A stretch of 64,000 nucleotides of DNA. It comes from a virus. The DNA is taken from the IMG/VR virus record IMGVR_UViG_3300016657_000126, positions 24,885-88,884 of that record; one strand, given 5' to 3'. The notes under the pieces are model-generated. The model ran no database searches. It was not told where the DNA came from and saw only the letters and a list, made by a program, of their open reading frames with translations. Positions 45,570-54,336 of the stretch are shown here, piece after piece. The position numbers and the translations under genes were made by a program. How positions within the stretch are numbered: position 1 is the stretch's first letter; every line of letters begins with the position of its first letter.

Positions 45570-45876
45570 GATCGCCTTTGGAAAGTTTTACGACTTCGGG
45601 CGGAGCCACGTTGTCGATGATGAGTTCCGCTACGCGTTGAGCCAGCCCGCGAGACAGGGTTTCGGCCATCGCGACATCATCCACGCCCGGCGCGTGGGTG
45701 ACAAAAATCCAGTGAACCGGAACGCCCTCGGAATTATGCATCGGTAGCCGGCTGCCGGGCATGACGATGCATTGCCGCCCGCGGGCAATCAGCTCCTTCG
45801 ACAGAAAGTCGGATATCACTGACAGCGCTTTTACGACTTCAGGCGTCGGCGTGATCGGAATCTTTTGTGAGTCCAT
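45550..45876 (-). CDS. hypothetical protein
   Basis: Start ATG 45876. Confidence 0.55.
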   Translation of the reverse strand: MDSQKIPITPTPEVVKALSVISDFLSKELIARGRQCIVMPGSRLPMHNSEGVPVHWIFVTHAPGVDDVAMAETLSRGLAQRVAELIIDNVAPPEVVKLSKGDHAIGEN

Positions 45877-45878
45877 GC

Positions 45879-46256
45879 TCACCACACCCCCAGCTGCTTC
45901 AGCGAGTGCATGTCGGCGTCGAGCGACGAGGGCCAACGGAAGTTGGACAGCTCAACCAGGAATTTCTTCTGCTCCGGATTCAGCATCATGGAGGCGCCGA
46001 ACTGCACTTTGTAGCCGTTGGGTTGGAGACCGTTCCAGGCCGCGACCGCCCAGGGATCGGCTTTCTTGCCGAACGATGGCGGGCATCTGACCAACAGCCT
46101 GCCCGCGTTCCGGCCATTCCCGCAAAGCGCGCGATTTATAGCGTCCGAGCGTTCCTGCGTGATCTCGACTTTCAGCTTCCCGAGAAGCTCGATTATCCGC
46201 GCGTGGGTCTGCGCTTTCTTCTGCTTCCCGATGGATAACTTCACTTCTTCTGGCAC
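45879..46256 (-). CDS. hypothetical protein
   Basis: DPWAVAAWNGLQ...DMHSLKQLGVW. Confidence 0.7.
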   Translation of the reverse strand: MPEEVKLSIGKQKKAQTHARIIELLGKLKVEITQERSDAINRALCGNGRNAGRLLVRCPPSFGKKADPWAVAAWNGLQPNGYKVQFGASMMLNPEQKKFLVELSNFRWPSSLDADMHSLKQLGVW

Positions 46257-46558
46257 GGTGGTATGAAAAAATTCGGCTCTGCGATTTCAGCGTCTACGGT
46301 GCGCATGAAGGCTGTGGCCAGCCGACGCGCCTTCGCCTCAAGCACTTGGTGGAATTCCTCCCCGACTGCGACGAACACGGGGTCGCCGGGCTCGTCGCTC
46401 CAGCCTATCAGCCAAGCGTCGTCGGGGGTGCTTATGTCACGCCCCTTGCGCAGGTGCCCTTCCGCGTCCAGCCGGTAGAGCACCCAGAGCAACGCCCGCT
46501 GGCGCGTGATACGCCGCTCTCCCCCGAGTTGGAGGTCGAGCTGGCCGAATCCGCTCAC
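46241..46558 (-). CDS. hypothetical protein
   Basis: GTGA overlap. Confidence 0.6.
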   Translation of the reverse strand: MSGFGQLDLQLGGERRITRQRALLWVLYRLDAEGHLRKGRDISTPDDAWLIGWSDEPGDPVFVAVGEEFHQVLEAKARRLATAFMRTVDAEIAEPNFFIPPCQKK

Positions 46559-46863
46559 GTCGGGTCGCCGTCTTCGGAGTCTTCGCTTACGCCATCCTCG
46601 CCATCCGCCTCGTCGCGCGGGAGCGCGTTGCCGAGCGCGATGTAGGTCTCGGCCGCGCTCTCGAACCAGAGATCTAGCAGCTGCTCGTGCGTGAGCCTGG
46701 CGAGGGCCGCGTCGAGCAGCGCCTCACGGGCGGGAACAGCGATCGACTCGGGGGCGTCGGGCTGACGCAGCATGCGGAGCAGTGCGGGGAAGTGATGCTC
46801 GCGCGGCGCGGGCGGAATTTCGACGGCGGGCGTTTGGGTGGGGGCGGTAGCTTGATCGGACAT
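46555..46863 (-). CDS. hypothetical protein
   Basis: Start ATG 46863; acidic tail. Confidence 0.6.
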   Translation of the reverse strand: MSDQATAPTQTPAVEIPPAPREHHFPALLRMLRQPDAPESIAVPAREALLDAALARLTHEQLLDLWFESAAETYIALGNALPRDEADGEDGVSEDSEDGDPT

Positions 46864-46877
46864 GATGGGTGAGGGTT

Positions 46878-46912
46878 GAAATGAAGACGCCGACGAGTAT
46901 CCCCGCCGGCGT
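46878..46912 (-). terminator. terminator-like or processing hairpin after thyX
   Basis: 9-bp stem ACGCCGGCG/CGTCGGCGT (one G-U), then CTTCATTTC. Confidence 0.5.
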
Positions 46913-46937
46913 AGAATGCGCAAATCCTTTAGCCCGG

Positions 46938-48251
46938 TTACTCGGGCTCGGCCTGGCCAAGATTGATGCGGCGGGCGAAACCGGAGTGGGGCGTCTCGTA
47001 GAGAGACGCCACGGCCGCGCGCAGGTGCTGCGCGTAGCGGAAATGGGCGCCGGGTCCGGTGCGCAGCTCTGCCTCGTAGGCGAACTTCGCGGCCGCCATC
47101 GTGTGCGAGAACGGAACGGTCGTGCCAAGGGGCATCAACCACGGAAGCTCCGTCCTGAACTCGTGCTTACGCAGTATCCGCGCCGCCTCTTGGACGAAGG
47201 CACCCGCCTCCTTCGGCATGAGCTCGGTGATCTCCTCGCAGAGCTCGAGGCCGCGTGCTTGGCGTAGGTCCACGCGCTTGGAGCCGGTCCGGTGGCGGTT
47301 AAGGTCCCGCAACTCGGCGATGGCGAGCGACGGGATGTGCAGACCGACCACGGCATCCTGGATATCGGGCGGGCACTCGTCGTAGCGATTCTCGCGCAGC
47401 TCCATACCGTCGCCGGTCAGCTGCTCGAGGGACAAGACGGTAGCGAACGCCCGCTGGTTGGGTGACACGCGGCCGGCGACTTTCGGAACACCCTTGTGCC
47501 AATGCTCGGAGCAGCCGCGCTTGAACTTGGCGTGCTTGGCCAGACGGGGTGCCATGCGGGCGAGCGCCTGCTCGATCTCGATGGCCATGTGTAGCAACTC
47601 GGGGGCGCCGTAGCTGCGCAACTTGGACGATGTCTCGCACCAAGCCCGGGCCGACTGCATGACTGCGACGTTGGTCTTCAGCGCGAACGGGAGGAAGTTG
47701 CGGGCGCGGTCGAGGGCGAAGTTCTTCAACATGCGATCACGGACCTTCTCCGGCATGTTGGTCGGAATGCGGGTCTTCTCCGGAGTCTCGCGCGCGATGG
47801 CGTCGAGCTTCTCGTAGGCGATCTGATACAGCTCGAGACCGCGCTTCCACACGCCCTGCGCATCGTCGAAAAGCAAGTCGCTCAGCCCGCACTCGGCCTG
47901 CGACGGAAGCGACGACTCGTCCATCTTGATGTAGCGCGTGGAGCTCTCCTGCCCCGCGCCGTAGGGAGCCGCGGCGAAAAGGAAGTAGGCGCCGACCATG
48001 GTGACGCCATCGAACGCTAGCGTCAGGGCGCCGGTCATATCGCCGATGGACGCGTGCCCGTAGTCGGTGAATTTGAATATGCGGTCGACGGCCGAGGCGC
48101 TGCCGGCCTCCGACGACAGATCGAGTGATTCGATCAGCTTGTGGATGCCCGTGTTGTTTCTGGAGTAGCGCGCCAAGGTGGCGGCCAAGAGTTCGGGAGA
48201 GAGCGAAGGCGTGTCACCGGGACACGAGGATGAGACGATGGTTACTTTCAT
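46938..48251 (-). CDS. thyX: FAD-dependent thymidylate synthase, tandem two-domain type
   Basis: LARYSR, DYGHASI, QESSTRY, RDLNRHR, ELRTGPGAHFRY. Confidence 0.85.
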   Translation of the reverse strand: MKVTIVSSSCPGDTPSLSPELLAATLARYSRNNTGIHKLIESLDLSSEAGSASAVDRIFKFTDYGHASIGDMTGALTLAFDGVTMVGAYFLFAAAPYGAGQESSTRYIKMDESSLPSQAECGLSDLLFDDAQGVWKRGLELYQIAYEKLDAIARETPEKTRIPTNMPEKVRDRMLKNFALDRARNFLPFALKTNVAVMQSARAWCETSSKLRSYGAPELLHMAIEIEQALARMAPRLAKHAKFKRGCSEHWHKGVPKVAGRVSPNQRAFATVLSLEQLTGDGMELRENRYDECPPDIQDAVVGLHIPSLAIAELRDLNRHRTGSKRVDLRQARGLELCEEITELMPKEAGAFVQEAARILRKHEFRTELPWLMPLGTTVPFSHTMAAAKFAYEAELRTGPGAHFRYAQHLRAAVASLYETPHSGFARRINLGQAEPE

Positions 48252-48674
48252 TTACAGGAAGAATTTTGGGTTGGAGTTCCAGATGTCGCGGACGTGGTCG
48301 AGCTGCGTTTCCAGCTCTTCTTCGTCGACGAATCCGACTCGATAGACTCTGCGCGGCGCCGCGCGCGAGCGCAGCTGTTTTATTATCCCGCGGCAGTGGA
48401 CATAAGAGGGGTCCGAGTCTTTGGAAGCGGAGTTTATGAAGTCGTCCAGCTTCTCTTGGATTGCGTCCGGCGTGTCGGGTTTCGGCACGACGTAGTCGCC
48501 CATAGACCAGAGGGTGAAGCTTGGCGTCACCTCGCAGCAATGCGTCACTTCCGCGCGGTTGAAGGCGTAGACGCCGACAACCTTGTCCACGAACGGTAAT
48601 AGATCCTTGTCGAAGTTCCAGAAGCGGGTCTCAACCCGCCCGATCAGCCACCAGTCCTGGTGCTTCTTCTTCAC
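48252..48674 (-). CDS. hypothetical protein
   Basis: GVYAFN...HCCE.TPS motif. Confidence 0.65.
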   Translation of the reverse strand: MKKKHQDWWLIGRVETRFWNFDKDLLPFVDKVVGVYAFNRAEVTHCCEVTPSFTLWSMGDYVVPKPDTPDAIQEKLDDFINSASKDSDPSYVHCRGIIKQLRSRAAPRRVYRVGFVDEEELETQLDHVRDIWNSNPKFFL

Positions 48675-49656
48675 GTTGCTTTGCTCGAAGTTTGTCGCGG
48701 AGTAGCCGCGCTAGTTCATAACCGCCCACGGCCCCGCCCGCCGTCAGGATCAGCGGCAGACCCGCCGCCACCGAAAAGTGCGAGGGGCCGGTTGAGCTGA
48801 GACCAGGGAAACTGCGCTGGAGGGCGCCAGCGAGCTGGTTGCCCGCCACGAGCCCGGCGGCGCCGCCGGCCACTGCGCCGCCGGTCGGAATGTCGCGAGA
48901 TGCGCCGGCAGCCAACGCACCCAGAAGCAGCGAGGCCCCCGCCGTGTGCGCAATGCGCTCCGGGCCGAAGGATTGCGGCTCGGACACGGCGCGGGCCCAT
49001 GGTTTGAAGCGTCGGCGCAGCCGCGTCTCTGTGAGCTGTTGATCGAACGTCCGCCCACCCGAGAGGCCGCCGGCGATGTAGTTGATGTAGCCCGGAACGC
49101 CCTCGAACAAGACGTGCGGGATGCCCTCAGTGAGCGTGCGACGGGCGACGCGAGAAGCGAGCTGCATGCCGGAGGCATTCGGATCCTTGAGGCGTTCGGC
49201 TTTGGACAGCATGGCGATCGAGGGCCACTTGTCCTCGTGCAGCATCCAGTCCTTGCTGTGACGGTGAATATGGACGCCGAAGTTGGGATGGCGCCACGTG
49301 GTCAATGCGCTCTGTCCGCGCTCGGGCACCGCCACCAAACTCGGAGAGAAACCCATGCCCCTGATGTCGTCCTCGGAAAGCTGCTCCAGCGGAATGGCTG
49401 TGCGCGTCAGCGGAGAGCCGAGCGGAACAACGTCAGGGTTGTCACGGTTTCGGCTCACCGCGTGGGACAGCACCATCGACGGCCGCACACCCTGCACCGA
49501 ATAGGGGTCGAGCCCTTTGCTGGCGTTGTAGCGCTCGCGCAGCATCGTGCCCATCTCATCCTCGTTCAATACTTGGTGGGCGCCGACGAACATGCGCTCG
49601 AGAAGGCTTGCGGCCTTGATCAGGCTATAGGTGACGGCGGGTTGCGCGCTACGCAT
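48631..49656 (-). CDS. putative virion-associated protein with C-terminal Gly/Ala-rich hydrophobic helices
   Basis: Start ATG 49656; early IKAA; three glycine-zipper-like helices. Confidence 0.65.
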   Translation of the reverse strand: MRSAQPAVTYSLIKAASLLERMFVGAHQVLNEDEMGTMLRERYNASKGLDPYSVQGVRPSMVLSHAVSRNRDNPDVVPLGSPLTRTAIPLEQLSEDDIRGMGFSPSLVAVPERGQSALTTWRHPNFGVHIHRHSKDWMLHEDKWPSIAMLSKAERLKDPNASGMQLASRVARRTLTEGIPHVLFEGVPGYINYIAGGLSGGRTFDQQLTETRLRRRFKPWARAVSEPQSFGPERIAHTAGASLLLGALAAGASRDIPTGGAVAGGAAGLVAGNQLAGALQRSFPGLSSTGPSHFSVAAGLPLILTAGGAVGGYELARLLRDKLRAKQREEEAPGLVADRAG

Positions 49657-49675
49657 GGACGAATCTTCCACTGAC

Positions 49676-49684
49676 GCGCGTGTT
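49676..49684 (-). promoter_or_regulatory. AACACGCGC motif 19 nt upstream of ATG (copy 1)
   Basis: Same 9-mer at the same distance precedes 51588..52064. Confidence 0.4.
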
Positions 49685-49702
49685 TTGTTCAAGGCTGGGA
49701 AC

Positions 49703-49733
49703 AAAAAGCCCCAGGGAGTGAACCCCCTGGGGC
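49703..49733 (-). terminator. rho-independent terminator downstream of the sigma factor
   Basis: 9-bp stem GCCCCAGGG/CCCTGGGGC then TTTTT. Confidence 0.8.
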
Positions 49734-49816
49734 CGAGCCCTACTCACTCCGATACGCGGCTTTCAAGCTCTCCGGTTACCGCCATAAGAACGCACTTTGG
49801 CATGCGTGCAAGAAAT

Positions 49817-51217
49817 TTATGAATCCTGCACCATGCGCATGCGGCCCGGGTGACGAATCTTCTTCAACGCTTTCGCTTCGATTTGGCGGATGCGCTCGCG
49901 TGTCACGTTGTAGCGCTGCCCGATCTCTTCTAACGTAAGTTCCTCTTGTTCAGGACCAAGACCGTATCTGAGAATGAGCACGCGGCGCTCGCGCTCGGAA
50001 AGGGTGTTGAGCATCCCCATGATACGGTCGCGCGTGATCGACGCGCCGGCCACGAGCATGGGGTCTGACGCCGTTTCGTCGGCAATGAACTGCCCTACTG
50101 TCGCGCCATCCATCTCGTCCGACGCCGGCGCGTCGAGCGACACCGTGGTCTGCGCCAGCTGCTGCACGCGCGCGACGCGATCCTCGTCCCAACCAAGTTG
50201 CTCGGCTATCTCCGCCGTTGTCGGCTCGCGCCCCAACTCCTGCGCCAGCTCGCGACTGGTGTGGGAAATACGGGCGATGACTTCGGTCATGTGCACCGGC
50301 ACGCGAATCGTGCGACTCTGGTCACAGAGCGCCCTGGATATCGACTGCCGGATCCACCAGGTGGCGTAGGTCGAGAACTTGAAGCCGAGGCGGTAGTCGA
50401 ACTTGTCGACCGCGCGGAGGAGTCCCAGGTTACCTTCCTGGATCACGTCCAAGAATTGAAGCCCGCGATTCACGAACTTCTTCGCCATGCTGACCACAAG
50501 ACGAAGATTTGCGCGGACCATGTGATCGCGCGCTTTGATGATGGCGCGATAGTGCCCGTCGGCGCGCGCCAGCACCGCCTGAAGCTCGGAGGCTGGTAAC
50601 CCGTAGGCGGAGACAACCCGCGAGTCCCGGGTATCGAGCTTTGTGATGGTCGCGCGATGAGCGGCCATCCAGTCGGCGTAGGTGCTGTAGCTGAGGCGGC
50701 AGTTGATCGCTAGGCGGCGCGCTTCGGCGAAGTAAGAGCTCGGCTGTCGACGCGACCCGAACAGAGCGTTGGCCTTGCTCGTGGCGTCCTTCAGCGCGCG
50801 GAGTTGCTCGCCCTTCTTGACCGCCCGGCGCTCGGATAGCATGCGCAGCGTGCGCCCGTCGCCGGTGAGGGCCTTGTCCGCGATTACGATGGCCAGCCGG
50901 ACAACGAGCGGGATGTTGCAGAGCTCCTCGGAAAGCGCGTCTTCGCCCGCGATCATCGCCTTCGCCAACTCCTGCTCCTGCTCTCGATCCAGAAGCGGGA
51001 CTTCCCCCAGCTTGGAAAGGTAGCAGCGAAGCGAGTCATGTGTGTCGACTTCCACCTCCTCGTCCACCACGCCGCCGAGTTCGTTCACCACCCAGTCAAC
51101 TTCCGCCATTGAGGCGTGCTCGGGGAGCGCAGCGACTACGTCCGATTCCGATACCTTGCGGCCGGCGGCAATCTGGCCCCGCAAGGTTTCAAGCGCAAAG
51201 CTGGCGGCGGCGTTCAC
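49817..51217 (-). CDS. rpoD: RpoD-type (group 1-like) sigma70 factor
   Basis: DSLRCYL (1.2), [46 protein letters not shown]...[20 protein letters not shown]. Confidence 0.95.
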   Translation of the reverse strand: MNAAASFALETLRGQIAAGRKVSESDVVAALPEHASMAEVDWVVNELGGVVDEEVEVDTHDSLRCYLSKLGEVPLLDREQEQELAKAMIAGEDALSEELCNIPLVVRLAIVIADKALTGDGRTLRMLSERRAVKKGEQLRALKDATSKANALFGSRRQPSSYFAEARRLAINCRLSYSTYADWMAAHRATITKLDTRDSRVVSAYGLPASELQAVLARADGHYRAIIKARDHMVRANLRLVVSMAKKFVNRGLQFLDVIQEGNLGLLRAVDKFDYRLGFKFSTYATWWIRQSISRALCDQSRTIRVPVHMTEVIARISHTSRELAQELGREPTTAEIAEQLGWDEDRVARVQQLAQTTVSLDAPASDEMDGATVGQFIADETASDPMLVAGASITRDRIMGMLNTLSERERRVLILRYGLGPEQEELTLEEIGQRYNVTRERIRQIEAKALKKIRHPGRMRMVQDS

Positions 51218-51226
51218 GCGAGTGGT

Positions 51227-51349
51227 TCAAGGGTTTTCGTCATCTTCAGAGGAATCGACCTCGTCCTCCACCTTCCGGTGACAGCGACGGGCCAGACAGC
51301 CAAGGATAAAAAGCACGGCGATACCGACGCCGATGAATATGGAATCCAC
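51227..51349 (-). CDS. small membrane protein with acidic tail (40 aa)
   Basis: IFIGVGIAVLFILGCL then EDEVDSSEDDE. Confidence 0.45.
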   Translation of the reverse strand: MDSIFIGVGIAVLFILGCLARRCHRKVEDEVDSSEDDENP

Positions 51350-51351
51350 GG

Positions 51352-51588
51352 TTAGAATTTAAGGTTAACGACCGGACCTTCCGCAGGCGTCACTCCGGCA
51401 CCGGAGTACAGCCGACAATAGCGTTGAAAATTAACGCTTCCGGGCTGCTCGACGAACACGCGTCCATCGGCTTCAAAAATCAAAAGCCCCACCTTCTTGT
51501 CGGAGGTGAGGACTTCAATGTAGACCTGGCCCGGCGGTAGGGGAATTTCCACGCCGTTCCCGGCGCGCAGACGCACGTTGCCAGCCAT
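51352..51588 (-). CDS. hypothetical protein
   Basis: TGATG overlap. Confidence 0.6.
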   Translation of the reverse strand: MAGNVRLRAGNGVEIPLPPGQVYIEVLTSDKKVGLLIFEADGRVFVEQPGSVNFQRYCRLYSGAGVTPAEGPVVNLKF

Positions 51589-52064
51589 CAGACGGGAGCG
51601 CCCACGGGTGTGCGCAGCGCGGTCTCAATGTGGCGGAACTGCTCCTGGAGGCGGATCATCTCCTCGCGCTCGCGCGCACGTTCAGCGCGCTCTTTCTCCA
51701 TCTGGTCGCGCAGCGACGAGAGTTCCTGCGCGGTGCGACCGCTGTGGTCGGCCACCTGCTTCAGACCATCCAACAGCTGGAGCATGACCTCTTCCTGAGG
51801 ATTCCCTTGCTGAGGGGCGTTGGGGTCCATCGGAGGAGCGCCGGCGGCAGCAGGATCCATGGGGGCGGCGGGAGCCGCGGGGGCACCAGGCATGCTTCCG
51901 GGAGGGGGCATGCCACCGCCCGCGGCCACCATCGCCGGATCCGGTTGCTGGGGCTGCGCGGCCGGAGGCTGCGGCGGGGTCGCGGCCGGCGGTTGGAACG
52001 CCGCCTTGATGAGCGCAGTGGCTTCGGCGGCCTCTTTCAGGAGATCTTGGATGCGCGATGACAT
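51588..52064 (-). CDS. Pro/Ala-rich plus coiled-coil protein, putative virion protein
   Basis: Start ATG 52064; LLKEAA...IKAAF followed by Pro-rich stretch and C-terminal heptads. Confidence 0.7.
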   Translation of the reverse strand: MSSRIQDLLKEAAEATALIKAAFQPPAATPPQPPAAQPQQPDPAMVAAGGGMPPPGSMPGAPAAPAAPMDPAAAGAPPMDPNAPQQGNPQEEVMLQLLDGLKQVADHSGRTAQELSSLRDQMEKERAERAREREEMIRLQEQFRHIETALRTPVGAPV

Positions 52065-52083
52065 GTCTGGATGATTCACGCGT

Positions 52084-52092
52084 GCGCGTGTT
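52084..52092 (-). promoter_or_regulatory. AACACGCGC motif 19 nt upstream of ATG (copy 2)
   Basis: See 49676..49684. Confidence 0.4.
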
Positions 52093-52101
52093 GCGGCAAT
52101 C

Positions 52102-52692
52102 CTAGCCTCGCACCAGCTTCCACCCGCGCTGAACAGCCGCCGTGAGCGGCATCGTCCGCCACTTCGCCAGGCCTGCGAGCAACTTGGCGGCGCCGGAGAC
52201 ATCGCCTTGGTCGATGCGTTTTTTGACGCTCTCGAGGACCGCGGCGTCAACCTGAACCAGCATGCTGGCCGTGAAGCTGTCGAGCAGCACACCGCCGCTC
52301 TTTGTTTCAGGAATGACTTCGTTGGTGAGTCGATGAACCCGGAGGTATCCCTCGCGGGCCACCCGCTTCGCCGCGTCCAACCAAGAGATGCGTTCTCCGG
52401 GCTTGAAGACGTCTTCGTCGATCCACTCCTTCGGCACGATCAGGAAGTCGACCGTAGCCACGTCGTCGCGCCCACGTAGGTCGTGCTCGGCGGCTTGGCG
52501 CTGATCCTCCGTCGTTTCGTCGGTGCAGAATATCGTGAAAGACATTCCGGCCGACGAGTAGAGCTCGCCGTGAAATTCCAACTCCGCCGCGTGCGTAGCG
52601 GTGAACTTGGATGTGCGCCGAGAAAATATTTCTCGCATCCACTGCTGCTGTTCGGGCGGCATGTCGGCCACCCGCGGTATTGTCTGAGTCAT
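52102..52692 (-). CDS. hypothetical two-domain phage protein
   Basis: Start ATG 52692; GVLLDSFTASMLVQV motif. Confidence 0.7.
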   Translation of the reverse strand: MTQTIPRVADMPPEQQQWMREIFSRRTSKFTATHAAELEFHGELYSSAGMSFTIFCTDETTEDQRQAAEHDLRGRDDVATVDFLIVPKEWIDEDVFKPGERISWLDAAKRVAREGYLRVHRLTNEVIPETKSGGVLLDSFTASMLVQVDAAVLESVKKRIDQGDVSGAAKLLAGLAKWRTMPLTAAVQRGWKLVRG

Positions 52693-53129
52693 GGTAGACC
52701 TGGGAACATGCTTGGTGTGCAATTTCCGTAGCCGCGGATGAGCGCGGCTATGTCCTTGGGCGGCGCCACCTGCACGGCGCACAACAGGTCGACACGCCAG
52801 CTGCCGTCGCTGGCCCACATGGCCGGACGCAGAGACGGCAGCTTGTCGCGGAGCGCGCGTCCGCACTGCAACGCAGGGAATAGGGGCAGCCCCAGCTTGT
52901 CGCGCAACGTGTAGGGAACGCCGTGCCCGCACCCGTCGATGGCTATGAACTCGCGGTGGCCGGCGCTCACCAACTCGAGCCGCTTGGGCGGCAGATCCCT
53001 GAGCAGAGGCCAGAGGACGCCCGGCACGAATCCGCGGGGCGACACTTCGGCATTGTAGCTGACGCAGAGCTGCGGTGCCTTTTCGACCTCTGCCGCCCAG
53101 CGCTCGCGCGTAGCAGCCGAGATACTCAT
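52689..53129 (-). CDS. hypothetical protein
   Basis: ATGA overlaps. Confidence 0.65.
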   Translation of the reverse strand: MSISAATRERWAAEVEKAPQLCVSYNAEVSPRGFVPGVLWPLLRDLPPKRLELVSAGHREFIAIDGCGHGVPYTLRDKLGLPLFPALQCGRALRDKLPSLRPAMWASDGSWRVDLLCAVQVAPPKDIAALIRGYGNCTPSMFPGLP

Positions 53130-54133
53130 CGCGGAACTGGAACGCGCCGCCGCAGCTGGCTCACGGGAAACGCCGCCTCTAGCGTCTGGACCAGGCGCGC
53201 CATGTCTGCGGCCGCCTCCGAAGATTCTTCGAGACCCCAGTGCTCCCCGTAGAAACCATCCAGCACGCCGCTGAAATCGATAGCCTTGCTGGCGCGGAAA
53301 TCGTCAGCGCGCACCGGGCGATGGAAGACCGCCGGCGTGAGCCAGACGTTGGATAGATTGTGCGAGTTGAACTGATCGCGGAACATCGGGTTGTTGGCGT
53401 GACTCTTTGCCCACGCCTCCTGCACGTGCTGCGCGGTCGGTGCCAGTTCCCGCAGCGTGCGCGCCAGCCAGGTCCAACACTTGTCCAGCGGGTAGGCGGA
53501 AGACATGAGCGACTCGCGCAGGTTGGGATGAATCTCGAAGCCGACAGGCTTGTCTCGCGCCGCGTTCATGGCGGCGACAATTCGCACGGAGTCACGCGCT
53601 ACCAACTCCTCGAGTTCCCTGAAGTCGATCTGCGCGAGACCTGCTTTCAGGCGCACCGGGCAGCGGAGGAATCGCCCTTCGTCTCGGCAGCGGACTATGG
53701 CGTCCGGACACCCGCGGGAAAGCGCCACCAACGAGTAGAATACCCACAGGGCGTTCAGCTCGTTACCTTCCACCTTGCAGTAGCCGGAGAACAGGCTTGA
53801 GCGCGGACCGTGCCGGTGCTGCCACGTGGCTAGTCCGTCCGCCACCAGAGTGGTGTGCGCGTGGTCCTGCGGCCCCTGCCGCCAGTATTTTCGGTAGATG
53901 GCTGTCCACTGCGCGAGCTTCGTCTTGCGCGCGGAGTCGGGAATCGCTGCGAAGTTCGGGTGGATCGCGTAGGGATTTAGATCGAACGATTCGCACGTCC
54001 ACTTGAACTTCTTGGGGTCGTAGCCGAGCGTCTTCACGCTTTGCGCCCCGTCACCCAGGCGGACCAGCAATTCCAACTCCTCAACCGTGGGGCTACGCCC
54101 GAAGTCGACTTCAAAACTCAGGGATCTTCCCAT
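53126..54133 (-). CDS. hypothetical protein (335 aa)
   Basis: SGYCKVEGNE...DEG...GFYGE motifs. Confidence 0.75.
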   Translation of the reverse strand: MGRSLSFEVDFGRSPTVEELELLVRLGDGAQSVKTLGYDPKKFKWTCESFDLNPYAIHPNFAAIPDSARKTKLAQWTAIYRKYWRQGPQDHAHTTLVADGLATWQHRHGPRSSLFSGYCKVEGNELNALWVFYSLVALSRGCPDAIVRCRDEGRFLRCPVRLKAGLAQIDFRELEELVARDSVRIVAAMNAARDKPVGFEIHPNLRESLMSSAYPLDKCWTWLARTLRELAPTAQHVQEAWAKSHANNPMFRDQFNSHNLSNVWLTPAVFHRPVRADDFRASKAIDFSGVLDGFYGEHWGLEESSEAAADMARLVQTLEAAFPVSQLRRRVPVPR

Positions 54134-54134
54134 G

Positions 54135-54251
54135 CTAAGTCAGATTGAAAATAGAAACGAAATCAGGGTCCTTCTGAAGAGCCCGGATTGAATCCTTGTC
54201 CAGCCGCTTCAGCGCCTGCTGATCGGCGTCGAGGTCGCCGAGATCAGGCAT
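54135..54251 (-). CDS. small hypothetical protein (38 aa)
   Basis: MPDLGDLDADQQALKRLDK...; ATGCCTGA overlap with the displaced gene end. Confidence 0.45.
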   Translation of the reverse strand: MPDLGDLDADQQALKRLDKDSIRALQKDPDFVSIFNLT

Positions 54252-54336
54252 CCTGGAGCTTGCCGCGGCGGCTCTTCTTTTCCGACTTCTCCATGGGGAT
54301 CTCGTTGTTCGTCGTCACCATGAAGACGGGGGCCTT
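54244..54336 (-). repeat. diverged duplicate of the 3' ~31 codons of gene 54884..55360
   Basis: KAPVFMVTTNNEIPMEKSEKKSRRGKLQDA vs KVPVFVVTTNNEIPMETSDKKSRRGKLEDA. Confidence 0.92.

Noticed and set aside
49734-49816. Structured RNA or 13-aa ORF (MAVTGELESRVSE) between rpoD and its terminator
   Set aside because: No recognisable RNA family or convincing stem; too short to support.
54150-54195. Imperfect hairpin with U-rich tail as a terminator
   Set aside because: The stem has mismatches and lies within the probable 38-aa ORF.
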